Below are positions 37,461-48,205 of a stretch of 64,000 bases of DNA, piece after piece. The stretch lies in the NCBI RefSeq assembly GCF_046119375.1, contig NW_027362771.1, positions 623,720,001 through 623,784,000 on the forward strand, written 5' to 3'. Origin of the DNA: Phyllobates terribilis. Its lineage: Eukaryota. The position numbers and the translations under genes were made by a program. The notes beneath the pieces were generated by a model. The model did not search any database. It saw only the letters and a list, made by a program, of their open reading frames with translations, and was not told the DNA's origin. Numbering within the stretch: the stretch's first letter is position 1; the number at the start of each line of letters is the position of its first letter.

Positions 37461-38635
37461 GTTACGAGAGTTTCATTACGAGATGGTTCATTTGTATTCT
37501 TAGCTAATACAATAATGGCCCATTGAGCCTTAATTTTTTAAAGTAATGAGGTGTAACCATAGGGAATAAAGACATTGTGGTCAATCTGGTCCTTGAAGTC
37601 TAGAAGATTTCTACCATATATGAAGAGTCTGGTGCTATAAATGGTACATGATGATTGGATAAAGAAGCCTAATAATAATTTTCAGTTGGAGCCCAGGAGC
37701 TCTATGTTACGCCTCTTAGAAAAAAGAACTTTTGTCCAAGATTTACACAACGGGAGGACAAATAGACTTAAATTTTGCATCAGAATTTTTTGTTGTCATT
37801 TTGTTTTTATGCAGCAGCGAGACAAGGTTTCCTGGTTTTGCGGGAATTTATAATTAATCTCCTCTACCATTGCTTGATCCTTATTGTAGAGCTAGATAGC
37901 TCACTTGAGGGACATCGATAGCCCCCTGTCTCCCATTACTTTCTCTACATATCTTTATAATTCTTATTTATAACACATACAGGGAATTCAGGGTGGAGGG
38001 AAATGTGGAGTGTTTGCAGTTCCCAATGCAGGGCCACATGTCCATTACATTTTTAGAGTGTCCTATGGCTCCTGAAGCTTTTCTCCTGGCAGCTTCCATC
38101 ACTCCATGCTTCACATGTCTGAAGATGGTCATGCACATTTGATTATTGTAAGAAGACCATGTGTTTGAAGGTGTTTCAACCTTCACTGATGGCAGATGCC
38201 ATGGAAAATAAGAATCGCTGTTGGATTTTAGCATGTTGAATCGTCAAGGAATATAAACTGCTGTTAGAGTTGTCTTCTAGTGATTTACTCCCTTTTCGTG
38301 ATTCAGAATATCACGAAAACTAAACCAAACAAGAGTGCGTTTGTATTGCAGAGTAGGGAAGAACAGCTGTTAGGTGGACGGTTATGTGAACTGTATGGCC
38401 AATTTCAGAGTTTCTTTCATCCATAAATTTGGTCTCCCAAATTAAATGGAGCCCTAAGCACCTGCCTATACTATCTGCCTGTTACACCCCCATCCCCATA
38501 GTTAAAGGTCAATACTCTAAAAGATTTGCCAGAAAACTTACAGGTGAAATTTCAAGCTCTACCATTTATGTCTCTAGTACCTTGTTCTTTAGTTTTCAGT
38601 GTGTAATTGTCTATATGGTGAATTCATATATTTAG

Positions 38636-38759
38636 ACTCCTCAATCAAAATGCAGTCCAAGTTGTCCTTTGGGATCCCGAAAGGCAACAATTCCAGGAAA
38701 GCCCATGTGCTGCTTCGAGTGTGTCCAGTGCCCAAAAGGAGAGATTGCAAATATGACAG
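38636..38759 (+). CDS. V2R gene B, exon 5
   Basis: 124 bp; TPQSKCSPSCPLGSRK..CCFECVQCPKGEIANMT. Confidence 0.93.
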
Positions 38760-38842
38760 GTACCATAAACACACAGTCAGAAAGTGTCATGTATCTTATG
38801 TGTGTAATTTACAAACAATTTGATTCCCATGTTCTTCTCTAG

Positions 38843-39762
38843 ATGCTGTAGACTGCCAAAAATGCTCTTGGGATACTTGGCCCAATACCCAGCAGGACAT
38901 GTGCTTACGAAGAGCCATTGAATTTCTCTCCTATGATGAAGCTATGGGTATCAACTTGGCAGCCCTGTCTATTATTTCATCTCTCATCCCCATTGGAGTT
39001 CTAAGAATCTTCATTTGTTACAACACAACACCGATAGTTCGAGCCAATAACTGGTCCCTTAGCTGTCTTCTCCTCGTTGCTTTATTTTTCTGTTTCCTTA
39101 GTTCATTAGCTTTCATTGGATATCCACATCCTGAGAAGTGCCTGTTGCGTCAGGTGGCATTTGGCTTGGCTTTTACTCTCTGCATCTCTTGCGTCTTGGC
39201 CAAAACCATAACAGTGGTTATTGCTTTCACGGCCACCAAGCCTGGGACTAGTTTGCGACGATGGACTGGGGGAAAGTTGTCCTACTCTGTTGCTGTGACT
39301 TGTGTTCTCATCCAGATATCAGTCTGTGTGACTTGGCTTTCTTACTCTCCTCCATTTCCCGAGTATGACACACAGACTCCTTCTAGTGTCATAATTCTTA
39401 ACTGTAATGAGGGGTCTCCTTTTGCATTTTGGGTTATGTTGGGGTATTTGGGTCTTCTGGCCACTGTCAGCTTCATCGTGGCCTTCTTGGCAAGGAGACT
39501 TCCTGACAGTTTCAATGAGGCCAAGTACATTACATTTAGCATGTTGGCCTTCCTTTGTGTCTGGATTTCCTTTATCCCAGCAACTCTGAGCTCCCGTGGG
39601 AAGTACACAGTGGCCATGGAGATCTTCGCCATCCTTTCTTCCAGTTGGGCCATTGTTGTTTGTATATTCTTACCCAAATGCTTCGTGATATTGTTTAGAC
39701 CTGACTTGAATGTAAGGCAAAATCTAATGAGAAAAGAGTTTGGCCAAACTAGAACATCCTAG
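38843..39762 (+). CDS. V2R gene B, exon 6 (7TM); the six exons sum to 2622 bp = 873 aa plus stop
   Basis: 920 bp to TAG; all exon phases are compatible. Confidence 0.96.
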
Positions 39763-39771
39763 TTCTAGTCT

Positions 39772-39930
39772 TAATAATAATAATAATAATAATTTTTATA
39801 GCGCCAACATATTTCACAGCACTTTACAATTTTAGGGGGGACTTATACAGACAATACAGACTAAGCATATCTCATATCGAAAGGAGTGCGGGCCTTGCTC
39901 GCAAGCTTACAGTCTATGAGGAAATGGGGG
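39772..39930 (-). mobile_element. Short L2 3'-end fragment immediately after the gene B stop codon
   Basis: (TAA)n followed by TTTTTATAGCGCCAAC..AGCACTTTAC, similar to the L2 3' end at ~34430-34570. Confidence 0.65.
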
Positions 39931-41982
39931 ATCTCAACAACATGTGATCACTTCACCTCTACCAGCAAACGCTACTAGACATGGCATAAGAAGAGGTAAA
40001 ATATGAAGTAAATCTGAGTGTTTAACATATAAATACTGTATATGTGTAAAAGTATACTTATCTGATATATTCTATACACTGTGAACAGGGTCATATTTGA
40101 TGTACATACTACCGTGCACACTTTAAATGGTCATGCCTCCTTCAAAGTTCCCATACACTTTAGATAGTTCAATGTGTTTGGGGTTCTTTACTACTATTAG
40201 ATGAACGAGCCAATATTAATGGGTTAGGCTGACAGACTAATGTGTATGGGGGCCCCAGATAGATGAGTGTCTTCGAATGAGATAAATATCCAGACAGATA
40301 AGGATCAGACAACAAGTCTTTTTGTTTTCTAAGAGAGAAGTTGCTACTAAAAAAGTCTGACAGTGGCTCTCATAGAGAACACAGAGGCACTCAGCATATT
40401 GAACGCTTCTGTGTATGAGAGAATTGAGCAAGATAGTTGCCAGTCAAATAATTGGTAGAAACACTGGTCAGCCGACAGCTATCAAAGGTGTTTTGGGTGC
40501 TTCAGTGAAGTACTTGTTCAGCTGACAACATATGACTTTGTTCAGATGGCTGTATGTTCAGTCTTTGGGTTGTCCATCTGTGCAATGGAAAGCACACTAA
40601 CACCATTAGTACGGGAATACAGCTCTAGAACCACCATCAATACAGGAATACAGAGCCAGAACCATCATCAGTTCATGAATACATCTCCAGATCCACCATC
40701 AGTACATAAATATAGTACTAAAACTACTATCAGTACAGGAATGCAGCAACAGAACCACCATCAGTAAAGGAATAGAGCACCAGAACCACCAGATGTACCT
40801 GAATACTTCACCAGAACTACAATCAGTACAAGAATACCGCACTAGAAACAGGGTCGTAGCGTTCGAGATGGGGGCTTGTCGACACCAGCGCCTATTTCAA
40901 CCAGATGTCCATCTTCGGATGCACATTCAGTGGAAATATGTTGCGCACAGAGACACACCAGCACCCTGTACCACAATACACGGCACCAGGCAATCAAAAG
41001 CCAGCAGCTGACGTTGGAGTGCCAGTTATGGGCGACACATGGCTGTGACATTGTGTGCTACCCATGATGGCAGCGCCAGCATCATCTGCTGGCCTCTGCA
41101 CCAGTGAAGTAAGAGAATTTCTTTTGAACCCTTTTGGCTTGAGCCTGTTTTCGCCTTCGCGACCAGGCCAATTTTTTCAATTCTGACCACTGTCACTTTA
41201 TGAGGTAATAACTCTGGAATGCATCAGCGAAATCAGACTCATTCTGAAACTTTTTTCGTTACACATTGTGCTTCATGATGGTGGTAAAATTTGTTGAATA
41301 CAACTAATATTTATTTCTGAAAATATCAAAAATTTGGTGAAAATTTTGCAATTTTCAAATTTTCAAATATTATGCTCTTAAAGCAGAGAGTTATGTCACA
41401 CAAAATAGTTAATAAATAACATTTCCCACATGTCTACTTTACATCAGCAGAACTTTTGAAACATTTTTTTTTTTTTAGAAAGTTATAATGGTTAAAAATT
41501 GATCAGCAATTTCTCATTTTACCAACAAAATTTACAACACCATTTTTTTTTGGACCACATCACATTTGAAGTGACATTGAGGGGCCTATATGACAGAACA
41601 TAAACAAAAAAAACACCATTCTAAAAACTTAACCCCTCAAAGTGCTCAAAACCACGTTAAAAAAGTTTATTAACCCTTCAAGTGCTTTACAGGAATTAGC
41701 GGAACATGGAAGGAAAAAAATGAAAGTTTTACCTTTTCCCACAAAAATGTTACTTTAGCCCCAAATTTTTTATTTTCACAAGGGTAACAGAAGAAAATGC
41801 ACCACAAAATTTGTTGCGCAATTTCTCCTGAGTACACCGATACCCTATACGTGGTGGAAAACTACTGTTTAGGCCAGGGGTGGGCAATTAATTTTCCCGA
41901 GGGGCCACATGAGAGACCGTGACTGTTGGGGAGGGCCGAACCAATAGGCTGAAATTAATTCTGCTCAATATTAATATTAACA

Positions 41983-43225
41983 TGAGCATGAGCCCCACAC
42001 AGCCTCCCCATGTCCAGCATGAGCCCCACAAAGCCCCCCATGTCCAGCATGAGCCCCACACAGCCCCCCCATGTCCAGCATGAGCCCCACACAGCCCCCC
42101 ATGTCCAGCATGAGCCTCACACAGCCCCCAAGTCCAGCAAGAGCCCCACACAGCCCCCCCCATGTCCAGTATGAGCCACACACAGTCCTCCCGTGTCCAG
42201 CATGAGCACCACACAGCTCTCCTGTGTCCACCATGAGCTCCACACAGCCCCCCATGTCCAGCATGAGCCCCACACAGCCCTCCGGTGTCCAGCATGAGCC
42301 ATACACAGCCCCCCATGTCTAGCATCAGCCCCACACAGCCTCCCATGTCCAGCATGAGCCCCACACAGCCCTCCCATGTCCAGTATGTGCCCCACAGAGT
42401 CCTCCCGTGTCCAGCATGAGCACCACACAGCTCTCCTGTGTCCACCATGAGCCCCACACAGCCCCCTATGTCCAGCATGAGCCCCACACAGCCCTCCCGT
42501 GTCCAGCATGAGCCATACACAGTCCCCCATGTCCAGCATGAGTCCCACACAGCCCTCCCAAGTCCAGCATGTGCACCACCCACCCCCCATGTCCAGTATG
42601 AGAGCTCGAGAGGCTCCTCATGTCCAGCATGACAGCCCTTCCAAGTGTCCAGCATGACAGCCCCCCAGTGTCCAGCATTAAAGCCCCCCAGTGTCTAGCA
42701 TTGAAGCCCCCCATGTCCAGCATGAGAGCCCCCCCTGTGTCCAGCCTGACAGCCCTCCCTAGTGTCCAGCATGAGAGCCCCCCCTGTGTCCAGCATGAGA
42801 GCCCCTCTGTGTCCAGCATGACAACCCTCCCTAGTGTCCAGCATGAGAGCCCCCCTATGTCCAGAATGAGAGCCCCCATGTGTCCAGCATGACAGCCCTC
42901 CCTAGTATCCAGCATGAGAGCCCCCCCTGTGTCCAGCATGAGAGCCCCCCTGCGTCCAGCATGAGAGCCCCCCCTGTGTCCAGCATGAGACCCCCCTGTG
43001 TCCAGCATGACAGCCCTCCCTGTGTCCAGCATGAGAGCCCCCCACTATGTCCAGCATGAGAGCCCCACTATGTACAGCATGAGAGCCCCCCTGTGTCCAG
43101 CATGAGAGCCCCCACTGTGTCCAGCATTAAAGCATCTCTTGTGTCCAGCATTAAAGCCCCCCTGTGTCCAGCATCAAAGCAAAGCCGTCCCTGTGTCCAG
43201 CATTAAAGCCCCCCCTGTGTCCAGC
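41983..43225. repeat. GTCCAGCATGAG-core minisatellite; ~30-bp units grading into ~20-25-bp units
   Basis: The repeated AGCATGAGCCCCACACAGCCCCCCATGTCC unit shifts to AGCATGAGAGCCCCCCTGTGTCC after ~42610. Confidence 0.92.
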
Positions 43226-43373
43226 ATATACTTACTTCACTCCCCGTTTCCCTACGCTCCTGTCTCTGATGCACTGACTCTCCACAGTGTGCAGGCTGAT
43301 GCCATTGTGTCAGCTGTTTCTAACGCTGATTGGTGGAAGAGGGAAGTGGCGGCCCCTCCTCCACCAATGCATT

Positions 43374-44612
43374 TGATGCGCCCCTGGGCCTGTGCTGAGT
43401 AGCGTTGCGCACGTGGGGGCCTACCCGGAGCCGGATCTGAGAGGGGTAGTAGTTTCGTGGCGGTGACCCGGTCCGTGCCCAGGGAGTCAAACTGAGCGGC
43501 AGTATTTAGCAGTAGATGTTAGAATGTTCGACTACGCCACCCGTTGAATGCGGTCATGAGACCGCCGCTGCAGGACAGTCCACTGAGGCCGGTGGTACGG
43601 ATGTGCAGCGTGGATGGTATAACCCCCAACGGGAGGGGTATGGCCTCAGGGCAGCAGATGTGGATGATAGTGGTAGTGATGGTGCAGCAAAGAAGCTCAG
43701 AGACGTGTGGTGCAGTTTCAAGGCTTTTACTCACAGGTGTTGCTCCGGTCACTTCGGCCAAGAGTGACCACCCGAGCCGTGCTGCGTCCACCAGGTGCGG
43801 GACTCGGCCAACTCCCAGGCAGTTCCAGAGCGTGGTCCTGAGCTCCCCTCTCTTCCTTTCTACTGGCCGTCCTCACCAGGGACCCACCTATGTCCGGCTT
43901 CCTCGGGCCTTATGGGGCAAAACCTCTCTCCGGTTTTCCTGACCCTATGTGGCGTGCCTTCCTGGTGGATGTGGCGAGGGGTCGTGCCAAAGCTTGACCA
44001 CGACCTCCGGTTCCTGGCTAAGGATGATTTGCCTCCACCAGCTTGGGATCCGGTACCCTTCTCTGCCAACCCTTCACCCGTTTTAGTTCACTCGTGGGAT
44101 CTCAGGGTTCCTTCTGCTTGCGTCTCTGGGCCTTTCCTAGTGTTCCTCTTCTTCCTTCCCTCTCTTTGCTTCAGGCCTGGCTCTGGAGCTGGGCCCAGAT
44201 GGAGCCACAGCTCCCCCTCAGCCCTCTCTGGCTGAGTTCCTCTCTCCACTCCTCCAGGCTGAACAGACCCTGTCTTAAGATGGTGCCCACCTTATATACT
44301 CCCTCTGACACCCGAGCCCAGGTCACAATGTAACCATGGGCTCCTCCTATGCCCAGAGTCCCTCCCCTGACTGCTCCTACACTACTGGGATGTTCCTCCC
44401 CCCCTCCCACTCCAGCCAGGGACAGACGCTGTCGTACCTGCACATCTATCTGGTGGGAGTACCGTTGTTCTGTCCCCCGGAAATGGGATGAGTGTAGTGC
44501 ATGCAACTAGCTGAGCTCAGTCCCACCCTCCATCCTTACACGGGAGTGGAATACCACACCTCTGGATCGAGGTGCAATACCCCTGTAGCAGCCGAGCCCT
44601 CGGGGTGCTACA
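43374..44612 (-). repeat. 3' LTR
   Basis: Direct repeat of 46967-48205 (offset 3593); AGTAAA poly(A)-like signal at 43726-43731. Confidence 0.95.
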
Positions 44613-44621
44613 TTCCCCCCT
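44613..44621 (-). other. Polypurine tract
   Basis: AGGGGGGAA directly abuts the TG of the 3' LTR on the minus strand. Confidence 0.85.
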
Positions 44622-45102
44622 GGTAAATCACAGCACGTCCTCGGGCTGTAAAAGAATAAAACAAAACATACAAAATTTTTTTTTTTTTTTTTTAAAGTGC
44701 ACTTACATATAAAATATATCAACTTTTTTTTTTTTTAGCATAATATAAAACCTTTTCATATAAAACATTCTTGACTAATACGTCCGTGATCCCTGGCCAC
44801 CGTGCAACTTGTGACCAGGTAAGTGCAACAGTCACTAGAGAAAAACAGTTCTTTATAAAACCAGAAGGGGGCGCTTTAGGAAGCGCAACTATTTACAGGG
44901 TATGGCCGCTCTCAGTCCTCGGCCAGTGGGGATAGGGGAATGGCTGCTCACAGTCCTCAGCCTGGTAATGGATAGGGGCACACAGGAAACAGTTCTTTAA
45001 CAGTCCCACACTAGTCCCAACGGGGACCACACTCCATTTAGCAACATGTCAAATACCCTTACGGGTAACTTATCTACAGTACTTTGCTTATGCTACTCCC
45101 CT

Positions 45103-46611
45103 TTAGTAGCGATGTCCTCTCCTTGTCTCCTCCTGAGGGTAGTCTTCAGAACCGTCCGGGTCCTCTTGATCTTCCTCATACTGCAACTCCTCCTCCGTCA
45201 ACCGGTGCACGTGAAGGGCGTATGGTCCTTTGGCACACTGGTGCCGGGTGAAGGTGACCTCATCACCCGGGTAGAGGTCACGTCCTCGGTGTCCCTCCGG
45301 CAGGTGGCTCTCAACATCCCTGCGGGTAACAAAGACATCGCCGGGGGTTCTGTGATCCCGGATAAAGCCCCAGCCGTGCTCCATTTGAAACTTTATTACA
45401 GTCCCGGTGGCGCGGGGACCGTGGGCCGCACGGCGGCTTCGTCGGGTCCGGCTTTTCTGCTCCGCGCTTTGGACCTGCAGCCGCTCCTCGCGGACCCGCC
45501 TCTCTCGCCGTTCCCTCTGAAAGACTTCCAGTTGTTGTCGGCAACACTCCTCACGTTGGGCTGCGGCCGCCCGGGTCTCTTGGGTGAACCCCATGAGGTC
45601 TTCGCCGGTGGGGTCCCATACAAATTGGGCCTCCTCCAGCGGGAGCGGAACAATTTTGGCGGGTGCCGGAGCCGGGATCAGAGGCTCACACAGAGGCCAT
45701 TCCTTTCGGAGTCGGGGGTTGACGTACTCCGGTGGCCAAACGAAAGGCAGCCCATCCGGGCTAGTATGCTGCGCAAACAGATCTTCGCCCAGGGGCAGCA
45801 CTGTGGAGGTTGAGGGCGCGGTGGGGGCAGCGGCGCCCGGATTCACCAGGCCTTGCGACCAGGCCGGTGGCACTCTGAAGGTGAAGGGTACTGTGGAGAC
45901 GGCGGCGCCCTGGGGTACTCGGCCCTGCGACCAGGCCGGGGGCACTTCCTCTTTTGCCGCGCTCAGGGTCAAGGGGCGTGGCGTAACAGAGGGTGCGACC
46001 GCGGCTCCTGCCGCTTGAGGCCTAGTTGGAAGCAGCGGCGGTGCGGCAACGGGTGCGGTGAGTGGAACTTCGGGCTCTGCGACGGGGAGCTGGGGCAGGC
46101 TTACGGCTACGGGGCTCGGGGTGATGACGTCCCCATTACCTGCTTCCATCTCTGCGGCTCCCTCCGCGGCGTCGTCTCCGGCCTCCGTTCCTCCTGCACC
46201 ATCCTCAGGGGCAGACACGCTCCACGTTGCGGGTGGCATCCTCTGCTGGCGGGTTCCAGCCTGCTGGACCATCTCTCTCCTCCACTCGGCCAGTGCTTCT
46301 TGCTGCACTCGGGCCATCTTCCGGGCCAAGGCCTCCAGCGCGGTCTGTGCACGCTCCCGATTTCTGGGGAGCTGTGCCAGGATCTCCACCAGGCCTTCTG
46401 GGGTGGCAGCCTGCAACAGGTTCCGGACCACAGGTTCGGTGCTGATTGACTCTTCCTCCATCTCCGGGTGCGATCTGTCCAGACTCCTCCAGGCCGCACC
46501 CATCTTCTCTGTTTTGTTCTGTATCCGCCCCCATTGAGGGTGGTCCCGTGGCAACTTAGTGATTGTCAGTTCCAGGGGCAGCCCTCTCACGCTCATGGAC
46601 ATTTCTATCAT
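45103..46611 (-). CDS. 502-aa protein (from the first ATG; the frame is open to 46941) with coiled-coil, Pro/Ala-rich linker, basic helix, C-terminal cold-shock domain and acidic tail
   Basis: CSD at ~45199-45408: TGTVIKFQMEHGWGFIRDHRTPGDVFVTRRDV...LYPGDEVTFTRHQCAKGPYALHV, with RNP1-like GWGFI and RNP2-like VFV. No CCHC, protease, RT or integrase motifs seen. Confidence 0.85.
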   Translation of the reverse strand: MIEMSMSVRGLPLELTITKLPRDHPQWGRIQNKTEKMGAAWRSLDRSHPEMEEESISTEPVVRNLLQAATPEGLVEILAQLPRNRERAQTALEALARKMARVQQEALAEWRREMVQQAGTRQQRMPPATWSVSAPEDGAGGTEAGDDAAEGAAEMEAGNGDVITPSPVAVSLPQLPVAEPEVPLTAPVAAPPLLPTRPQAAGAAVAPSVTPRPLTLSAAKEEVPPAWSQGRVPQGAAVSTVPFTFRVPPAWSQGLVNPGAAAPTAPSTSTVLPLGEDLFAQHTSPDGLPFVWPPEYVNPRLRKEWPLCEPLIPAPAPAKIVPLPLEEAQFVWDPTGEDLMGFTQETRAAAAQREECCRQQLEVFQRERRERRVREERLQVQSAEQKSRTRRSRRAAHGPRATGTVIKFQMEHGWGFIRDHRTPGDVFVTRRDVESHLPEGHRGRDLYPGDEVTFTRHQCAKGPYALHVHRLTEEELQYEEDQEDPDGSEDYPQEETRRGHRY

Positions 46612-46943
46612 TGCAGTCTCTGCTGGTGGGGGCGGTTTCCGCTTTTGGCGCCATTCCTGGACCTGGCCCACGATGGGAGGTGGCCTCTTGCCACCCTCTG
46701 GCACGCCCACAATGGAGTCCGCTCTGCCAGGGCGGGAAATCGTCTCAGATGGCGGGAATCGTCTCCTTATGGCGGGAAACTCCGTGGATGGCGGGAAAAG
46801 GCTGCAGATGGCGGGCAAACGGCGGGAAACGACCCGAGATGGCGTCCGATGGCGGGAACCCTCTGGAATTGGCGGGAGACTCCTTTTTACGGTAAATGTG
46901 AACTTTTCTTCAGGCACGCAGTACCCGTCGGTTGCGGGCACGT

Positions 46944-46962
46944 AATCCTGCCGACTACGCCA
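46944..46962 (-). promoter_or_regulatory. Primer-binding site for tRNA-Ser
   Basis: TGGCGTAGTCGGCAGGATT is complementary to the 3' 19 nt (AATCCTGCCGACTACG-CCA) of vertebrate tRNA-Ser(AGA/TGA type); it lies 4 nt from the 5' LTR. Confidence 0.9.
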
Positions 46963-46966
46963 AAGT

Positions 46967-48205
46967 TGACGCGCCCCTGGGCCTGTGCTGAGTAGCGTTG
47001 CGCACGCGGGGGCCTACCCGGAGCCGGATCTGAGAGGGGTAGTAGTTTCGTGGCGGTGACCCGGTCCGTGCCCAGGGAGTCAAACTGAGCGGCAGTATTT
47101 AGCAGTAGATGTTAGAATGTTTGACTACGCCACCCGTTGAATGCGGTCATGAGACCGCCGCTGCAGGACAGTCCACTGAGGCCGGTGGTACGGATGTGCA
47201 GCGTGGATGGTATAACCCCCAATGGGAGGGGTATGGCCTCAGGGCAGCAGATGTGGATGATAGTGGTAGTGATGGTGCAGCAAGGAAGCTCAGAGACGTG
47301 TGGTGCAGTTTCAAGGCTTTTACTCACAGGTGTTGCTCCGGTCACTTCGGCCAAGAGTGACCACCCGAGCCGTGCTGCGTCCACCAGGTGCGGGACTCGG
47401 CCAACTCCCAGGCAGTTCCAGAGCGTGGTCCTGAGCTCCCCTCTCTTCCTTCCTACTGGCCGTCCTCACCAGGGACCCACCTATGTCCGGCTTCCTCGGG
47501 CCTTATGGGGCAAAACCTCTCTCCGGTTTTCCTGACCCTATGTGGCGTGCCTTCCTGGTGGATGTGGCGAGGGGTCGTGCCAAAGCTTGACCACGACCTC
47601 CGGTTCCTGGCTAAGGATGATTTGCCTCCACCAGCTTGGGATCCGGTACCCTTCTCTGCCAACCCTTCACCCGTTTTAGTTCACTCGTGGGATCTCAGGG
47701 TTCCTTCTGCTTGCGTCTCTGGGCCTTTCCTAGTGTTCCTCTTCTTCCTTCCCTCTCTTTGCTTCAGGCCTGGCTCTGGAGCTGGGCCCAGACGGAGCCA
47801 CAGCTCCCCCTCAGCCCTCTCTGGCTGAGTTCCTCTCTCCACTCCTCCAGGCTGAACAGACCCTGTCTTAAGATGGTGCCCACCTTATATACTCCCTCTG
47901 ACACCCGAGCCCAGGTCACAATGCAACCATGGGCTCCTCCTATGCCCAGAGTCCCTCCCCTGACTGCTCCTACACTACTGGGATGTTCCTCCCCCCCTCC
48001 CACTCCAGCCAGGGACAGACGCTGTCGTACCTGCACATCTATCTGGTGGGAGTACCGTTGTTCTGTCCCCCGGAAATGGGATGAGTGTAGTGCATGCAAC
48101 TAGCTGAGCTCAGTCCCACCCTCCATCCTTACCCGGGAGTGGAATACCACACCTCTGGATCGAGGTGCAATACCCCTGTAGCAGCCGAGCCCTCGGGGTG
48201 CTACA
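46967..48205 (-). repeat. 5' LTR
   Basis: TGTAGCACCCC...GGGGCGCGTCA; TATATAAG box at 47884-47891. Confidence 0.95.

Larger units (their letters stand above)
43374..48205 (-). mobile_element. Complete LTR retroelement lacking recognisable gag/pol, with a single cold-shock-domain ORF
   Basis: LTRs at 46967-48205 (5') and 43374-44612 (3'), both 1239 bp, TG...CA, ~9 substitutions and no indels; TSD CATT; PBS 46944-46962; PPT 44613-44621. Confidence 0.95.

Noticed and set aside
41888-43032. Overlapping 100-255-aa ORFs
   Set aside because: Minisatellite artefacts.
43516-44506. ORFs inside the LTRs (repeated at 47109-48103)
   Set aside because: They are short, have no motifs, and are not preserved in the related solo LTRs.
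45199-45408. Bacterial contamination or recent bacterial transfer of cspA
   Set aside because: The domain is embedded in a TSD-flanked element nested in host repeats, and its loop length is Y-box-like. A phylogeny is still needed to settle origin.
45046-46537. Plus-strand ORFs overlapping the CSD ORF (255, 198, 159 aa and others)
   Set aside because: They are expected shadows of a GC-rich antisense coding region, with no recognisable motifs.
43374-48205. LTR pair as an assembly duplication, or as a DIRS/tyrosine-recombinase element
   Set aside because: The copies differ at ~9 sites, and TSD, PBS and PPT are correctly placed. Direct LTRs with a TSD indicate DDE-integrase insertion.
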